Under the pieces are notes generated by a model. The model made no database searches. It was not told where the DNA came from and saw nothing but the letters and a program-made list of their open reading frames with translations. From Malassezia furfur (taxonomy: Eukaryota): a stretch of 45,828 bases of DNA. The stretch lies in assembly GCA_052055015.1 (NCBI GenBank), contig JBQJIT010000037.1. The stretch is one strand, 5' to 3'. Below, piece by piece: positions 31,586 through 43,484 of this stretch (its first letter is position 1; each line of letters starts with the position of its first letter). A program made the translations under genes and the position numbers.

Positions 31586-34293
31586 ATGCCCGACGAGTGG
31601 CAGCCGGCGGCCGATTGGCACGCGCTCGGCGATGCCTACTACCGGCGCACTACACAGTATGAGATGGTCTGGCCGATGCAGCACCTGGACCAGTTCTGGG
31701 TCGCGTCGTCGATGGACGGTGGCCTGATCGGTACGTCTGATGCGCTCACGCAGCCCTGCTCCGCGACCCGACGCAGCTCGTGGCCGTCGGCGGGATGGGC
31801 ACGGTGGAACCGAAGATCAAGGTATACACAGGTGTCGGACAGCTGCTCGAGACGCTTCCCGTATGTCCATGGCTAACGCAGTGGGATAGCGCACGGGTCG
31901 TGCAGTTCGGCTTCACCTGGCGCGACGAACTGGCGGCGGTGACCGACGATGGGCAGGTGCGGCTGTATGCGCTGCTAGACGCGGGCCACAAGGGCCCCGA
32001 ATGGACCGAGGCAACACAGAGCACACAGTATACCGTACTGTCGCTCGGCGAGTCCGCCAGTGAGATTGGCGTCGCTAGTGCCGTGGTGCTGCCGACATGT
32101 GTGTATGCGTTGCTGCGGAACGGCACCATCGCCCAGTGTTTCTTCCCCGGCATCGACGCATCCTACACAGCCGAGTCGCCGTGGACGGACCGCAAGGCGC
32201 CGCTGTCGCCGCAGCAGCACCCCGCGGTGCCCGTTGATCCCCAGAGCATTTCTGCGTGGAGCGTCTGTGCGGCGACGCACACGGTGTACGTCGCGACACC
32301 CGAGACGCTGTATGCGCTGCACGGCGATACCTACACGCTGATGTCCATTGATGCGCCGCTCGATGCGGTCTGCGCGAGCCCCAACGGGAAACTCCTCGCG
32401 CTCGTCGCCGACCAGAAACTGCGCGTGGTCAAGGCAGACCTGTCGCGGACGCTGCGCGTGTGGGACATGACGACCTCGGAGGCATACGCGGCCAGTCGTG
32501 GTGCGCCCCCCGTGCTTGCCCCACTTGCCGAACCGTCGTTCAATGCGCCGGTGCGCGACAAGGGCGGGATCGGCGGCACGGGCGCGACGCGGCTGGCATG
32601 GTGCGGCGACGATACCGTCGCGGTCGCCTGGAACGGCTCCGTGCAGGTAGTCGGCCCGCTCGATGACCCGCTCACGCTGCCGGTGCCCGGCGCGGTGCAC
32701 CTGTTTGGCCACCACGACGGCCTGCAGCTCGTCCACGCCGAGGCACACGAGTACCTCGACCGTGTCGACCCGGCGACCGAGGCCGCCCTGCGTCCGGGGT
32801 CGACGCACGTCGCGACCATCCTGCTCGAGGCTTCGCAGCTCGCCCAGAAGAACAGCCCACGGGCGTATGAGGCCGTTGAAGCGCTGCGCAAGGACCTTGC
32901 GCATGCCGTGCATGTGTGTGTGTCGGCGGCGTCGCAGGCGTGGGATGTGGCGACGCAGCAGGAGTTGCTCAAGGCCGCGCTATTTGGCAAAACGTTTCTC
33001 GATGCGTACGACAGTACGGCCTACTTGCGCACTGCGCGGACGCTGCGTGTGCTGAATGCGGTGCGCGACTATCATGTAGGCATCCCGGCGCGCTACGATG
33101 CCGTGCAGCGGCAAGGCGCGTCGATGCTGCTCTACCGGCTGTGTGTGCGGCGCATGCACCACCTGGCGGAGCGGATCTGTGACTATCTTCGCGTGCGCCC
33201 CGACGAGGTGCTCAAGCACTGGGCGCGTGCCAAGGTGGCGCACATGCGCGGCGACACGGCGCAGCTTGCCGAGCTGATCATCGCCAAGTTTGAGGCCGCA
33301 GGCGCACTCAACTTTGCCGAGATTGCACTCACGGCCTGGCACGCCGGGCACGTGCGCCTCGCGACGATGCTGCTCGACCACGAGGCGCGCGCCGTGGGCC
33401 AAGTCCCGCTGCTGCTGCACATGCACGAGGACCGCCTTGCGCTGCAGCGCGCGGTCGAGTGCGGCGACGCCGACCTGGTCTACTATGTCCTCTTCCGGCT
33501 GCAGCAGCGCATGTCCCGTGGCGAGTTCTTCCGGGTAGTACAGGCGCCACTCGAGGCGCCTGATGTGCCGCTGCCGAGCAAGACGGTGGGCGTGCGCCCC
33601 CGGTGCGACGCGACGTATGCGGCGCTCGCTGCGCGCCTTTTGGAGCGGTATGCGGTGCAGCAGGACCACGAGCTACTGCGTGACTTCTATTTCCTCGACG
33701 ACCGCAGCGCGTCGCAGGCGCTGCTGCGTATCACCGAGGCGCCCACCGACGCGGCGCACTACGACGAGCGCGTCGCAGCGCTACGCGCCGCGGCCAAGCA
33801 CTTTGCCGAGGACCGCCAACATACCCAAGACGCACGGCTTTCCGAGGAGGCCGCGTCCCTGCTCGGCTTCCAGGCGGGTCTCGACAAGGAGCTCGCGACG
33901 ATGGGTGTACGTGCCGCGGGCGACTCGCTCGTCGGGCTCCCGTTGATGCGCACCATCGAGGTGTGCCTGCAGCACGGCCTGCACAAGCGTGCCGAGCGCC
34001 TGAAGCACGAGTACAAGGTGTCAGACCGGATGTATTTTGCTGCCAGGACGCATGCGTTCATCGCGGCGCAGGACTGGCCCGGCCTCACCAAGTGCGTCGG
34101 GAAGCGGCCGCCCGGCGGCTTTGAGCCAGTGGTGAGCATGCTGCTACACGCAGGGCACGTAAGCGAAGCGTGCCGCTTTGCGCGCCTGGGCGTTGCCGAC
34201 AAGAGCAGCCGGCACGCTTTGCAGGCGCTCGTCGAGCGTTGTCCGATGGAAGAACACAAGGCTCAGTTGTGTGCTGCGATCTCGCCTACGTAG
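31586..34293 (+). CDS. VPS16: HOPS/CORVET subunit Vps16
   Basis: ADWHALGDAYYRR...YEMVW, GGLIALLRD, SPNGK, AWCGDD, QELLKAALFGK, LRVLNAVR...VGIP, VLKHWA.AK, QVPLLL. Introns 31731-31753 and probable 31861-31881. Confidence 0.93.
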
Positions 34294-36237
34294 ACAGCCC
34301 CGGGAGGCTTCGCCGCCACTCGGCGTACCACGCAGGAAGGAATCCGGGCGCGTCTTGCACGCCGCGCTCGATTTTGTCCATGGTGCACAGAAGCTGGGTG
34401 AGTTGGGCAAAGCACATACCTCGTAGTTGAGCTCCTCGCTGATGACCGAGTCGTGCTTGTACAGCGGGTGGCTGCTCACGAAGCGCCGCATCCAGGTCGC
34501 CGCCGTCATGAGTGTGCCGTCGGCGCGCTCGGCGACGAGGTCGATGTACGAGTCGAGCTGCTTCCGCGCAGCCTCGTTCAGCTGCTGTGCGTCGAGGTAG
34601 CGGCGGACGAGCGGCACAAAGCCCAGCATCTCCTCGCTCCCGTCGCCATGGAACAGCTGGGCGAGCGTGTACTCGCGAATGGTGCGCGACGCGCCGTCTT
34701 TGTTTTCCGACGTCCACGCGTTGCAAAACGAAAACGTCTGGGTATGAATGGCATCACGCTGCTGTGCGCGCTGCATGTTCACATCCACCTGCGAGAGTGG
34801 CATGTACAAATTAAGGCGGAAATGCAGAATGGCGCGCGCCAGCAGCACAACAAATACGCTGAAGGCCGCGTTTTCAAAGTCGGTCAGCTGGATCTCCATC
34901 GGGCGGAACTCGATGCGCCACCCGATCCGGTCGCCTGGCGGCGGCGGCTTAAACCGCATCGTTTGCCAGTTGGTCGACTGTAGGTTCTCAAAGTGGTCGT
35001 TCGACTCGTTGTCGTCCTGGTCGATGCGCTCCGAGAAGATCACCAGCGGGTCACGCACGAACAGGTGCGCGACGTGCTCGGCCAGCAGCGGGTCGACGCC
35101 CTCGGCCTCGAGCCGATCGCGCACGGCCGTGTCCATTTCAAGTGCCATATCGTTGTCCTCCTTCGGCACATCGGGGTGCAGATAGGAATCGACCGAATCG
35201 TACCGGCTCTTGCGCAGCCGCCGTGGTACCGTGCGGGAGTTGTGCATGGGTTCGTCCGGCTTCACAGGCGCCTCGCCGCGCTCTGCATTCGTGCGGTCGT
35301 CTACTGCGCCGGATATGACGTTCCAGCGACAGTCGACATCCGCGACGTATCCGCGGTAGAACGGCGAGCCAGCGGTGACAGCAAGAAACAGCGGCGTGAC
35401 GGGAATTAGCTGGTCATAGAGTTTGCGCGCTTCGAGAATGTCGTGTGCCTGCATGGTGACCTGCAGGCAGCAGCAGCCCATCCCAAATCCCATGGCATCC
35501 ATGTAAATATGATCAGGCTTCGCCGCACCGAGCTTGGCCTCGGCATCTTCGGGGAAGAGGTCGCGGTCGTAGGGGATCGTTGGATCGATAAACGGCCGTG
35601 CGGTGTTTTCGTCGCGGTAGACAGGGACATTAATGCGCACTTTGGAGCCGCGACGATTGCGAATGTTGGCAGTCAGCGTAGGGAAGCGGACGTGCGTGTT
35701 GATAAGATCGTCAGGAAGAAAGAGGGAGCGACTCGCCGTGCCGTTCGGCTCGAACGGCGGGTCAGTAAAAGGAGTGTCACATACGCCCAGGCGCGGGAAG
35801 GACGTAAGTGTCATGGGAATCTCGTTCTCCTTCAGATGCTTGCGGATAATCATGCGCCGCACGCGCATGTCCTCCTCGACGCGCAGCAGGTCGCGTGGGT
35901 CGGCAGAGAAGGGCTTGCCCGGCGTGCTTTCAATCATGTAACGCCCGTACTCGGGGTGGAACGTCGGGCCGTTCCCCTCCTTGCACACCTCGGCGCATTT
36001 TTGGAGCACGCTCAGAATCTCGCCCTGGCGTAACGAGAGTCGCGCGGCGTGGTGAGGCCGGTCGAGCGCGACGATCATGTACTCCAGCTCGTCGCCCCAA
36101 AACATGGCATCGCCTGTACGCCCACGGAACCTGCGCCAGAGCGTGAGGAACTGCTCGACGCCGTGGTCGCGCACATGCTGTGCAAGCGGCACCGCATCGT
36201 CCCAGTCCAGCGGCGTGCCAAGCGATAGAAGTCCCAT
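34286..36237 (-). CDS. GSH1: Glutamate-cysteine ligase catalytic subunit
   Basis: MGLLSLGTPL.W, WGDELEY, FHPEYGRYMIESTPG, HIYMDAMGFGMGCCCLQVT, HFENLQSTNWQTMRFKPPP, GWRIEFR. Intron 34394-34419 shifts into the last exon, which ends at 34286. Confidence 0.97.
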
Positions 36238-36314
36238 GCTGGCCTAAGTGAAAAGGGAGGCCGATAAAATCCGAGCTTAATTCCACGTCAACGTCGATCG
36301 ACGACGGACGCTGC

Positions 36315-38105
36315 ATGCCCCTGCAGCGGACGTGGTGGAGCGTCGCGGTGTGGGTCGGTGTGGGCGGATCTGGTGTGCGTGCCGAGTCTATAGACGTGGT
36401 TCCACCGACGTTGCTCCTCACATCACTCTTGGGCGCGATCTCTGTGCTCCTCCTTGCCTCGTTCTGGGCGCTTTCTCCCTCTACGGTTGTAGCCCTCCAG
36501 TGGGAAGCGCAGCGGTGGTGCGACATGGCGCTCGACATGGTCCGGGATGCGGCACAGGTGCCACTGTCGGTCGGCACACTTGTCCTGCGCCCGTTCGGCT
36601 TCCAGGGCCGGTCTCGGCCCCAGTCCCGTCGTCGCACACGCGGCCCAGCACCAAGCTGGGTGCGCGGGGCGTACCAGCAGTACGGCCAGGAGCCTGGTCC
36701 GCTCCCGCCCGACGCGGCGTCGGCGGCGCTGCGCATGTCGCGCGACAGTGAAGCGCCCTACTACCTCGGCCTGTACAACCCCAACATCTACTGTTTCATG
36801 AACAGTGTCGTGCAGAGTTTGTCGAGCGTCGCCTTTTTTGCGCACTTTCTCGACGCGCTCGTGCGCATGGCCGAGCGCTACGATGTGCCGACGCCCGTCG
36901 TCGACGCCTTGCGTGAGCTGGTCGTGATCCTCGATACGCCCCAAAAACGGCGGGGCGCATTGACCCCCAAGCAATTTGTCCAGGTGCTTGGTGGCGTGTC
37001 GCAGTCGCATGGTATGCGCACGCTGATGAGCGCGCACCAGCAACAGGATGCACAGGAGCTTGCGCTCCTCATCCTCCACGCACTCGACCAGGAGCTGGGC
37101 GCCGTGCAGCGCGAGCGTGGGCTGCAGCTCGAGACCCAGAGCGCCGGGCTCCGTGGTGCTACTGCCCCCTCCACCCTGGCCTTTGGCCAGCTGCGCGCAA
37201 GCCTGGGGCGTGACGGCGACGATGTCGCGAACCCGTTCCGCGGCACAAGTGCACAGCGCACATCGTGTGCGCGGTGCGGCTACACCGAGGCCATCCGCTA
37301 CTTCTCGCAGACCGACCTAAGCCTGTCGGTGCCGATGGGCGTCCGAGCATGCACGCTGGAGCAGTGCCTGGCTGCCTGGACACAGCTGGAGCAGGTCGAA
37401 TGGGTGTGCCACCGGTGCAGCATCATGGCGACGCTGCGTCGCGAAAAAGCCGAGGTGCTGCGCCTCAAGGCGGCGGGCCGAGACACGGCGCGCGCCTCCG
37501 AGCGGGTCCAGCGCCTCGCCTACGTCCTGCAGCAGGGCCTGCACGAATCCGAGGTGAGCGAGAGCACGATCCTTGATGGGATCCAGCTCATTCGCGAGCC
37601 AAGCGACCAGAGCACGAAGCAGGTCATGCTCGCACGCACGCCAAGCGTGTTGATGCTGCACCTGAACCGCTCGTCGTTTGTGTACGGCTCGATGGGCCCC
37701 ACGAAAAACAATGCGCGCGTCATCTTTCCCGAGCTGCTCGACGTCGCGCCCTACACCACCGGTGCGATGCTCTCACTGAACCCAACCGAAACGTTGTCGC
37801 GCACACACACGTCGCGGTGCATGTACCGACTGAGTGCGGTGGTGGTGCACTACGGTGCGCATCATGCGGGCCACTACGTGGCCTTCCGCCGGCGACCCAA
37901 GGACGCGTGGACGCGCATCTCGGACGACCGCGTCGAGCCATGCACGCTCGATGACGTCCTGGCGCAGAACCCCTATCTGCTGTTCTACGAGAGCACCGTG
38001 CCCCATTCGATACCCGCGGCGCGTGCAATGCCGCACGCGCGTCTTGTCCACAGCTGGGGCACGAGCCGCACCACGTCGCGTGAGTCTACGCCGCTACATA
38101 GCTAG
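36315..38105 (+). CDS. Ubiquitin-specific protease (peptidase C19) with N-terminal hydrophobic anchor, Ubp1/Ubp16-like
   Basis: Cys box GLYNPNIYCFMNSVVQSL, QQDAQE, His box HYGAHHAGHYVAFRR...W.RISDD, and an N-terminal TM segment. Confidence 0.9.
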   Translation: MPLQRTWWSVAVWVGVGGSGVRAESIDVVPPTLLLTSLLGAISVLLLASFWALSPSTVVALQWEAQRWCDMALDMVRDAAQVPLSVGTLVLRPFGFQGRSRPQSRRRTRGPAPSWVRGAYQQYGQEPGPLPPDAASAALRMSRDSEAPYYLGLYNPNIYCFMNSVVQSLSSVAFFAHFLDALVRMAERYDVPTPVVDALRELVVILDTPQKRRGALTPKQFVQVLGGVSQSHGMRTLMSAHQQQDAQELALLILHALDQELGAVQRERGLQLETQSAGLRGATAPSTLAFGQLRASLGRDGDDVANPFRGTSAQRTSCARCGYTEAIRYFSQTDLSLSVPMGVRACTLEQCLAAWTQLEQVEWVCHRCSIMATLRREKAEVLRLKAAGRDTARASERVQRLAYVLQQGLHESEVSESTILDGIQLIREPSDQSTKQVMLARTPSVLMLHLNRSSFVYGSMGPTKNNARVIFPELLDVAPYTTGAMLSLNPTETLSRTHTSRCMYRLSAVVVHYGAHHAGHYVAFRRRPKDAWTRISDDRVEPCTLDDVLAQNPYLLFYESTVPHSIPAARAMPHARLVHSWGTSRTTSRESTPLHS

Positions 38106-38560
38106 TGTACGCCGAGCTTCTTTTCCATCGCAGTATGAATATCGGGCGCGTCGCCAGACACGCCGGACGGCAAGAAGTCGGCCGTGTCGAGCTCCTCGTC
38201 GCGCCCGTCGAGAATGTCAAGGTGCACCTGCGCGACGCCGCGCGCGGGGATATGCGGGTTCTTGGCAACGATCTTGCGCTCCATCATCGTGCGCACGGGC
38301 ATACCGAGCCCAAACACGTTGCGCTGCGTCGCAAGCTTCCAGTTGCGCTGCGTCGCGTCCCAGTGCTCCAGGCGGTGCCGCACAGGGTGGTAGCTCGACG
38401 CGGCAGTTTCCGCCTGCAGGCTGCGGAGGCCGTGCCGCATGGTGTCGTGGACACCGATTTCACTGTGCACCGTGGCTTGTGCATCGGTGTGGGTATGTGT
38501 GGGCGCGTTGCGCGGCACAATCTCCAGCGTGGTCTGGGTGAGCGGGCGCCGACGCACCAT
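38102..38560 (-). CDS. UMP1: Proteasome maturation factor Ump1
   Basis: LEIVP...GVHDTMRHG...HPVRHRLEHWDATQ...FGLGMPVR..ME...HLDILDGRDEEL...HTAMEKKL. Probable 24-nt intron directly after the ATG (38534-38557). Confidence 0.92.
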   Translation of the reverse strand: MVRRRPLTQTTLEIVPRNAPTHTHTDAQATVHSEIGVHDTMRHGLRSLQAETAASSYHPVRHRLEHWDATQRNWKLATQRNVFGLGMPVRTMMERKIVAKNPHIPARGVAQVHLDILDGRDEELDTADFLPSGVSGDAPDIHTAMEKKLGVH

Positions 38561-38602
38561 GGTCGTGGAGTGGAGGGTCGTCGCCGCGCGTCCGTGATCG
38601 GC

Positions 38603-38623
38603 CACGTGGCCACGCAAAAAAGT
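38603..38623. promoter_or_regulatory. CACGTG box plus AAAAAAGT tract in the UMP1/MTR4 bidirectional promoter
   Basis: CACGTG at 38603-38608; AAAAAAGT at 38616-38623. Confidence 0.5.
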
Positions 38624-38636
38624 CGCCTGCTCCACC

Positions 38637-41600
38637 ATGGCGAAGCGCAAGAGCGAAGAAGGCGTGAAGGCCGCGGCGGGCGACGACGGCAAGAAGTCGC
38701 GCACCATCGAGCCGACGGCCGTTGTCACAGATGAGTTCACGTCTGAGGCGGTACGTGAGGTTCCTGCCGAGGCGGCGAACGCAGAAAAGGATACGCAGAG
38801 CGACATGTTCAAACTGTCCCACTCGGTGCGGCACCAAGTCGCCATCCCGCCGGGGTACGACTATGTGCCGCTCTCGAAGCACGTCCCCAGTAATCCGCCG
38901 GCACGCTCATGGCCGTTCACACTGGACCCGTTCCAGCAAACGTCGGTGTATTGTATTGAGAGGAACGAGAGTGTCTTGGTCTCGGCGCACACCTCGGCCG
39001 GCAAAACCATCGTGGCCGAGTACGCGATCGCCCAGGCACTGCGCAACGGACAGCGTGTCGTATATACCAGCCCCATCAAGGCCCTGTCCAACCAGAAATA
39101 CCGCGAGTTCGCCGCCGAGTTTGGTGACGTCGGACTGATGACCGGCGACGTGACAATCAACCCGAGCGCGTCGTGCTTGGTCATGACCACGGAGATTCTG
39201 CGTTCCATGCTCTATCGTGGCTCAGAGATCATGCGCGAGGTCGCATGGGTCATCTTTGACGAAATTCACTACATGCGCGACAAGGAACGCGGCGTCGTGT
39301 GGGAGGAGACCATTATCCTGCTCCCGCGCAAGGTGCGCTACGTGTTCCTTTCGGCGACGATTCCCAATGCCATGCAGTTTGCTGAGTGGATCTCGCAGAT
39401 TCACTCGCAGCCGTGCCACGTCGTGTACACCGACTTCCGGCCGACGCCGTTGCAGCACTACCTCTTCCCGCAGGGCGGCAACGGCATCCACCTCGTCGTC
39501 GACGAGAAGTCTGTGTTCCGCGAGGACAACTTCCAGAAGGCGATGGGCGCCCTGGCCGATGCGCGCGGCGACGACCCCGCGAGCGCCGACAGCGGCAAGG
39601 GCCGCAAGGGCGTCACGAAAAAGGGCGGGCCGCAGGGCGGGCCGTCCGACATCTACAAGATCGTCAAGATGATCATGATGAAGCACTACAACCCCGTCAT
39701 TGTGTTTGCGTTCAGCAAGCGGCAGTGTGAAGCGCTTGCGCTGCAGATGTCCAAGCTCGAATTCAACACCGACGAGGAAAAGGCGATGGTCTCGACCGTC
39801 TTTAACAATGCGATCGAGGCGCTCAGCGTCGAGGACCGTGCGCTGCCGCAGATTGAACACATCCTGCCGCTGCTACGCCGCGGCATTGGCATCCACCACG
39901 GTGGCCTGCTGCCGATTCTCAAAGAGGTCATCGAGATCCTCTTCCAAGAAGGGCTCATCAAGGTGCTTTTCGCCACGGAGACGTTCAGTATCGGTCTCAA
40001 CATGCCCGCCAAGACGGTGGTGTTCACGGCCGTGCGCAAGTGGGACGGCAACGAATTCCGTAACCTGTCCTCGGGCGAGTTCATCCAGATGTCCGGCCGC
40101 GCCGGTCGTCGTGGATTGGACGACCGCGGGATTGTGATCATGATGTTTGACGAGAAGCTCGAGCCGGGTGCCGCCAAGACGATGGTCAAGGGCGAGGCCG
40201 ATCGGCTCGACAGTGCGTTCCACCTGGGCTACAACATGATCCTCAACCTCATGCGCGTCGAGGGTGTCTCACCCGAATACATGCTCACCAACTGCTTCTT
40301 CCAGTTCCAGAACGCGGCCAGTGTCCCACACCTCGAGGCACAGCTCGAGGAGGCCGAGGCGGCGCGCGATGCGATCCATGTGGACGAAGAAGAGGCAATC
40401 GCCGCCTACTACACCATGAAAAAGACGCTCCGGCAGCTCGAGCAGGACCGGATGGAGGTCATGCGGCACCCTAGCTATGCGCTGCCATTCCTCCAGGCGG
40501 GCCGCCTCGTCCAGGTGCGCCATGAGGCCCTTAACTTTGGGTGGGCGTGCGTGGTGTCGTACCAGAAGCGCGTCCCGCCCAAGGGAATGGAGCTCGATCA
40601 GCGTGCGCCGGCACACAGCCTGTACGTGCTGGATGTGGTGCTGCACTGCGCGACCGGCACGGTAGTGCCCAAAAACCGCGAGATGTCGCCGTCGTTTGCC
40701 GGTATTTCGCCGCCGACGTCGGGCGACAAGGGCGAGTGGCTCGTGGTGCCGGTGCTGCTGTCGACGGTGGATGCGCTGAGTGGCATCCGCATCTTTTTGC
40801 CCAAAGATCTGCGCTCGCGCGACGCGCGCGTCCAGGTGGGCAAGAACATCGCCGAAGTCCAGCGTCGCTTCCCGCAGGGGCTGCCGCTGCTCGACCCAGT
40901 GAAGGATATGAAGATCAACGACGAGGCCTTCCAGCAGCTACTCGGCAAGATTGAGATTCTCCAGGGCCGCATTGCACAGGCGCCCATTGCGCAGGACGCA
41001 CGGCTCAAGGAGCTCTACGAGCAGTATGCCGAGAAGCAGGCGGCCCAGGACAAGGTGGCTGCGCTCAAGGACAAGATTACCGCCGCGCACAATGTGCTTC
41101 AGCTCGACGAACTCAAGTGCCGCAAGCGTGTGCTGCGCCGCCTCGGGTTCACGAGTGCCGACGATATCGTGGAGCAAAAGGGGCGTGTCGCTTGCGAGAT
41201 TAGCACGGGCGACGAGCTGCTGCTCACCGAGCTGATTTTCAACGGCACGTTCAACGACCTGTCGCCGGAGATGTGCGCGGCGCTGCTGTCGTGCTTTGTG
41301 TTTGGCGAGCGGAGCGAGCACCCCGTGCGTCTCAAGGAGGAGCTTGCGGCGCCGCTGCGCGTACTGCAGGATACGGCGCGGCGCATTGCGCGTGTGTCGG
41401 TCGAGTGTCGCCTGCCGGTGGTGGAGCAGGAGTATGTGCAGAGCTTCAAGGTGGAGTTGATCGAGGCGGTGCTGCAGTGGTGCCAGGGCGCCAAATTCTC
41501 CGACATCTGCAAGCTGACCGACGTGTTTGAAGGCTCAATCATCCGTGCCTTCCGCCGGCTGCAGGAGCTGCTGCGCCAAATGACGCAGGCCGCCAAGGCG

Positions 41601-41696
41601 ATCGGGAATGTGGAGCTCGAGCAGAAATTCGAGCAGAGCCTCGTGAAGCTGGAGCGCCCCAACTCGATCATCTTCAGCCCGTCGCTGTATCTGTAG
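38637..41696 (+). CDS. MTR4: Exosome/TRAMP RNA helicase Mtr4 (Dob1)
   Basis: [42 protein letters not shown], arch/KOW insert and C-terminal IIFSPSLYL. Confidence 0.97.
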   Translation: MAKRKSEEGVKAAAGDDGKKSRTIEPTAVVTDEFTSEAVREVPAEAANAEKDTQSDMFKLSHSVRHQVAIPPGYDYVPLSKHVPSNPPARSWPFTLDPFQQTSVYCIERNESVLVSAHTSAGKTIVAEYAIAQALRNGQRVVYTSPIKALSNQKYREFAAEFGDVGLMTGDVTINPSASCLVMTTEILRSMLYRGSEIMREVAWVIFDEIHYMRDKERGVVWEETIILLPRKVRYVFLSATIPNAMQFAEWISQIHSQPCHVVYTDFRPTPLQHYLFPQGGNGIHLVVDEKSVFREDNFQKAMGALADARGDDPASADSGKGRKGVTKKGGPQGGPSDIYKIVKMIMMKHYNPVIVFAFSKRQCEALALQMSKLEFNTDEEKAMVSTVFNNAIEALSVEDRALPQIEHILPLLRRGIGIHHGGLLPILKEVIEILFQEGLIKVLFATETFSIGLNMPAKTVVFTAVRKWDGNEFRNLSSGEFIQMSGRAGRRGLDDRGIVIMMFDEKLEPGAAKTMVKGEADRLDSAFHLGYNMILNLMRVEGVSPEYMLTNCFFQFQNAASVPHLEAQLEEAEAARDAIHVDEEEAIAAYYTMKKTLRQLEQDRMEVMRHPSYALPFLQAGRLVQVRHEALNFGWACVVSYQKRVPPKGMELDQRAPAHSLYVLDVVLHCATGTVVPKNREMSPSFAGISPPTSGDKGEWLVVPVLLSTVDALSGIRIFLPKDLRSRDARVQVGKNIAEVQRRFPQGLPLLDPVKDMKINDEAFQQLLGKIEILQGRIAQAPIAQDARLKELYEQYAEKQAAQDKVAALKDKITAAHNVLQLDELKCRKRVLRRLGFTSADDIVEQKGRVACEISTGDELLLTELIFNGTFNDLSPEMCAALLSCFVFGERSEHPVRLKEELAAPLRVLQDTARRIARVSVECRLPVVEQEYVQSFKVELIEAVLQWCQGAKFSDICKLTDVFEGSIIRAFRRLQELLRQMTQAAKAIGNVELEQKFEQSLVKLERPNSIIFSPSLYL

Positions 41697-41722
41697 ACAA
41701 GAAGTACATGTGCATGCCTATT

Positions 41723-43384
41723 TTATTCCTCAATGTTCATCTCGTCTATATCGTCGAGCAGCTCGTCCATCTCGACGCGCGGGAACTCGGCGTCCGAGCC
41801 GTCGTCGGTCTCGTAGTCGGTCGAGAGGCCATCGTCGTCCGCAGCGACCGGCGCCTCGTCGCCCTCGTCCTCGTCCATCTGGGCCGGGTCGCGGTACTGC
41901 TGCGCGGCGGCCTTGCGGGCGCGGCGCTCCGCGTCGCGCGCCTCCTTTTCTGCGTCGCGGTACAGGTTGACCGTCTGGCGCATCTCCTTGTCCTCCTCGA
42001 GCTCGCGCAGGAACAGCTCGTAGTCGCGCTCCACACGCTGCGAGTCCAGCCCACCACGGCGGCCGAGCGCGCCGCGGCCGACGGCACCCTCCACCGAGGG
42101 GTCCTCGGCCTCCTTGGCAATGCTCTTGAGCTTCCAGTTGCGCTTCGAGCGGCGCTTGCGCTCGGGGTAGCTCTTTTTCACCAGCACCACATCGGGCATG
42201 CGCTCGGGCGGGAGGGTATCCCACTCTGCCGAGTTGAAGTTGGCCGTGCGCAGGTGGTAGCCCATTACCGTGTCGCCCGGCTGCAGAATATGGCCGAGGT
42301 GCGTGCGTGCATGGTATACCGCGTCCGCCTCACCAAACGACGTCGCATTCATGGGCGAGACTTGTACGTCCGCCGACAAAAACTTGGTCTGCACCTGGCC
42401 ATGCGGGCCGTGCGCCGTGTTGCCCGTGGTCTCGATGTCAAGCACCAGGAACTCGACCATCTCGGGGATGGTGCTCAGCGCAGGGAACGGATCGCGCCAG
42501 TACTTCTCCGCCGTCAGATCCGCCATCTGGAGCGTATGCGGGTCGATGAATTTGATCACGTTGCTGATGCGGTACGGCAGCACCAGCTGTCCGATGCCGC
42601 CGAGCGACTGGGCGACGCGCGGCGGAAGACACACGAGGTCATCCTTGCAGATGGGCGCGATCTCAACACTGTAGGTAAACTTGTAGTTGCTCGTGCTTGT
42701 GTGCACATCCTTGCTGATGAGCTGCTCCGACTTGTTCATGCGCACGGGCACAACAGACGCCAAGAACTCGCACATGCGGATGGCGTGTGCGCGCTGTGCG
42801 TAGAAAAAGTCGAGACCGTCGCGCTTCTCCTGCACGGAGATGGTCTCGCGATGCGCATTGTACTTGAGGATGAGCTGCTCGAGGTACAGGAAGGTGCGCT
42901 TGTGCGCCACCTTTTGGCGCACCTGCACCGAGGCGCGCCACATGTTCTTCGCCGCGAGACGCGTGCAGTCGGGGCACTGCCCGTACTGCACAAGGAACTC
43001 GACCTCGAACACCTGCTGCAGGATCGTCGAGGCAAACACCTCCTTCTGCACGGTGAGCTTCACGCGCAGGCGCTTGCTGTGCGGCTCAGTCCAGATGAAG
43101 TTGGCATCAATCAGGCGCACATTCTTCAGGCTCTTGAGCTTCTTCAGGCAGATCGCCAGAAGCTCGCGGCTCTCGGGCTGCGCAATGACCCACGTATTCG
43201 GGGGATTGAGGTACCGCTCGCAGTTGCGGCAGAAGTTCACGGTCGCCTGCTTCGGAATCCATTCGGTGATATCGACCGTATTCCGGAGACAGTTTGCGCA
43301 TAGGTTCGCATTGTTCGGCTCGATGGGTGTGCCACAGTCGGCGCACAGCACCATGTGCTGCGCCGGGTTCGCATGGTACTCCAT
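41723..43384 (-). CDS. NMD3: 60S ribosomal export adaptor Nmd3
   Basis: CADCGTPIEPN.ANLC..C, LIDANFIWTEPHSKR, VQVRQKVAHKRTFLYLEQLILK, and an acidic C-terminus with NES-like ELLDDIDEMNI. ATG at 43384. Confidence 0.97.
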   Translation of the reverse strand: MEYHANPAQHMVLCADCGTPIEPNNANLCANCLRNTVDITEWIPKQATVNFCRNCERYLNPPNTWVIAQPESRELLAICLKKLKSLKNVRLIDANFIWTEPHSKRLRVKLTVQKEVFASTILQQVFEVEFLVQYGQCPDCTRLAAKNMWRASVQVRQKVAHKRTFLYLEQLILKYNAHRETISVQEKRDGLDFFYAQRAHAIRMCEFLASVVPVRMNKSEQLISKDVHTSTSNYKFTYSVEIAPICKDDLVCLPPRVAQSLGGIGQLVLPYRISNVIKFIDPHTLQMADLTAEKYWRDPFPALSTIPEMVEFLVLDIETTGNTAHGPHGQVQTKFLSADVQVSPMNATSFGEADAVYHARTHLGHILQPGDTVMGYHLRTANFNSAEWDTLPPERMPDVVLVKKSYPERKRRSKRNWKLKSIAKEAEDPSVEGAVGRGALGRRGGLDSQRVERDYELFLRELEEDKEMRQTVNLYRDAEKEARDAERRARKAAAQQYRDPAQMDEDEGDEAPVAADDDGLSTDYETDDGSDAEFPRVEMDELLDDIDEMNIEE

Positions 43385-43399
43385 CGTTGTCGGCGCCAC

Positions 43400-43426
43400 A
43401 CTTTTTTCCTAAGTGGAGGTCACGTG
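43400..43426. promoter_or_regulatory. CACGTG box plus AAAAAAGT tract (minus strand) in the NMD3/RING bidirectional promoter
   Basis: CACGTG at 43421-43426; plus-strand ACTTTTTT at 43400-43407. Confidence 0.5.
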
Positions 43427-43484
43427 GAAGTACGGTGGCTGAGCAGCCCCACGGCCTCCACGGCGTCTTATCCCCGCACGCGCC

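Noticed and set aside
38751..38784. GTACGT...GCAG intron-like segment in MTR4
   Set aside because: There is no proper branch motif, and removing 34 nt would frameshift an otherwise intact ORF.
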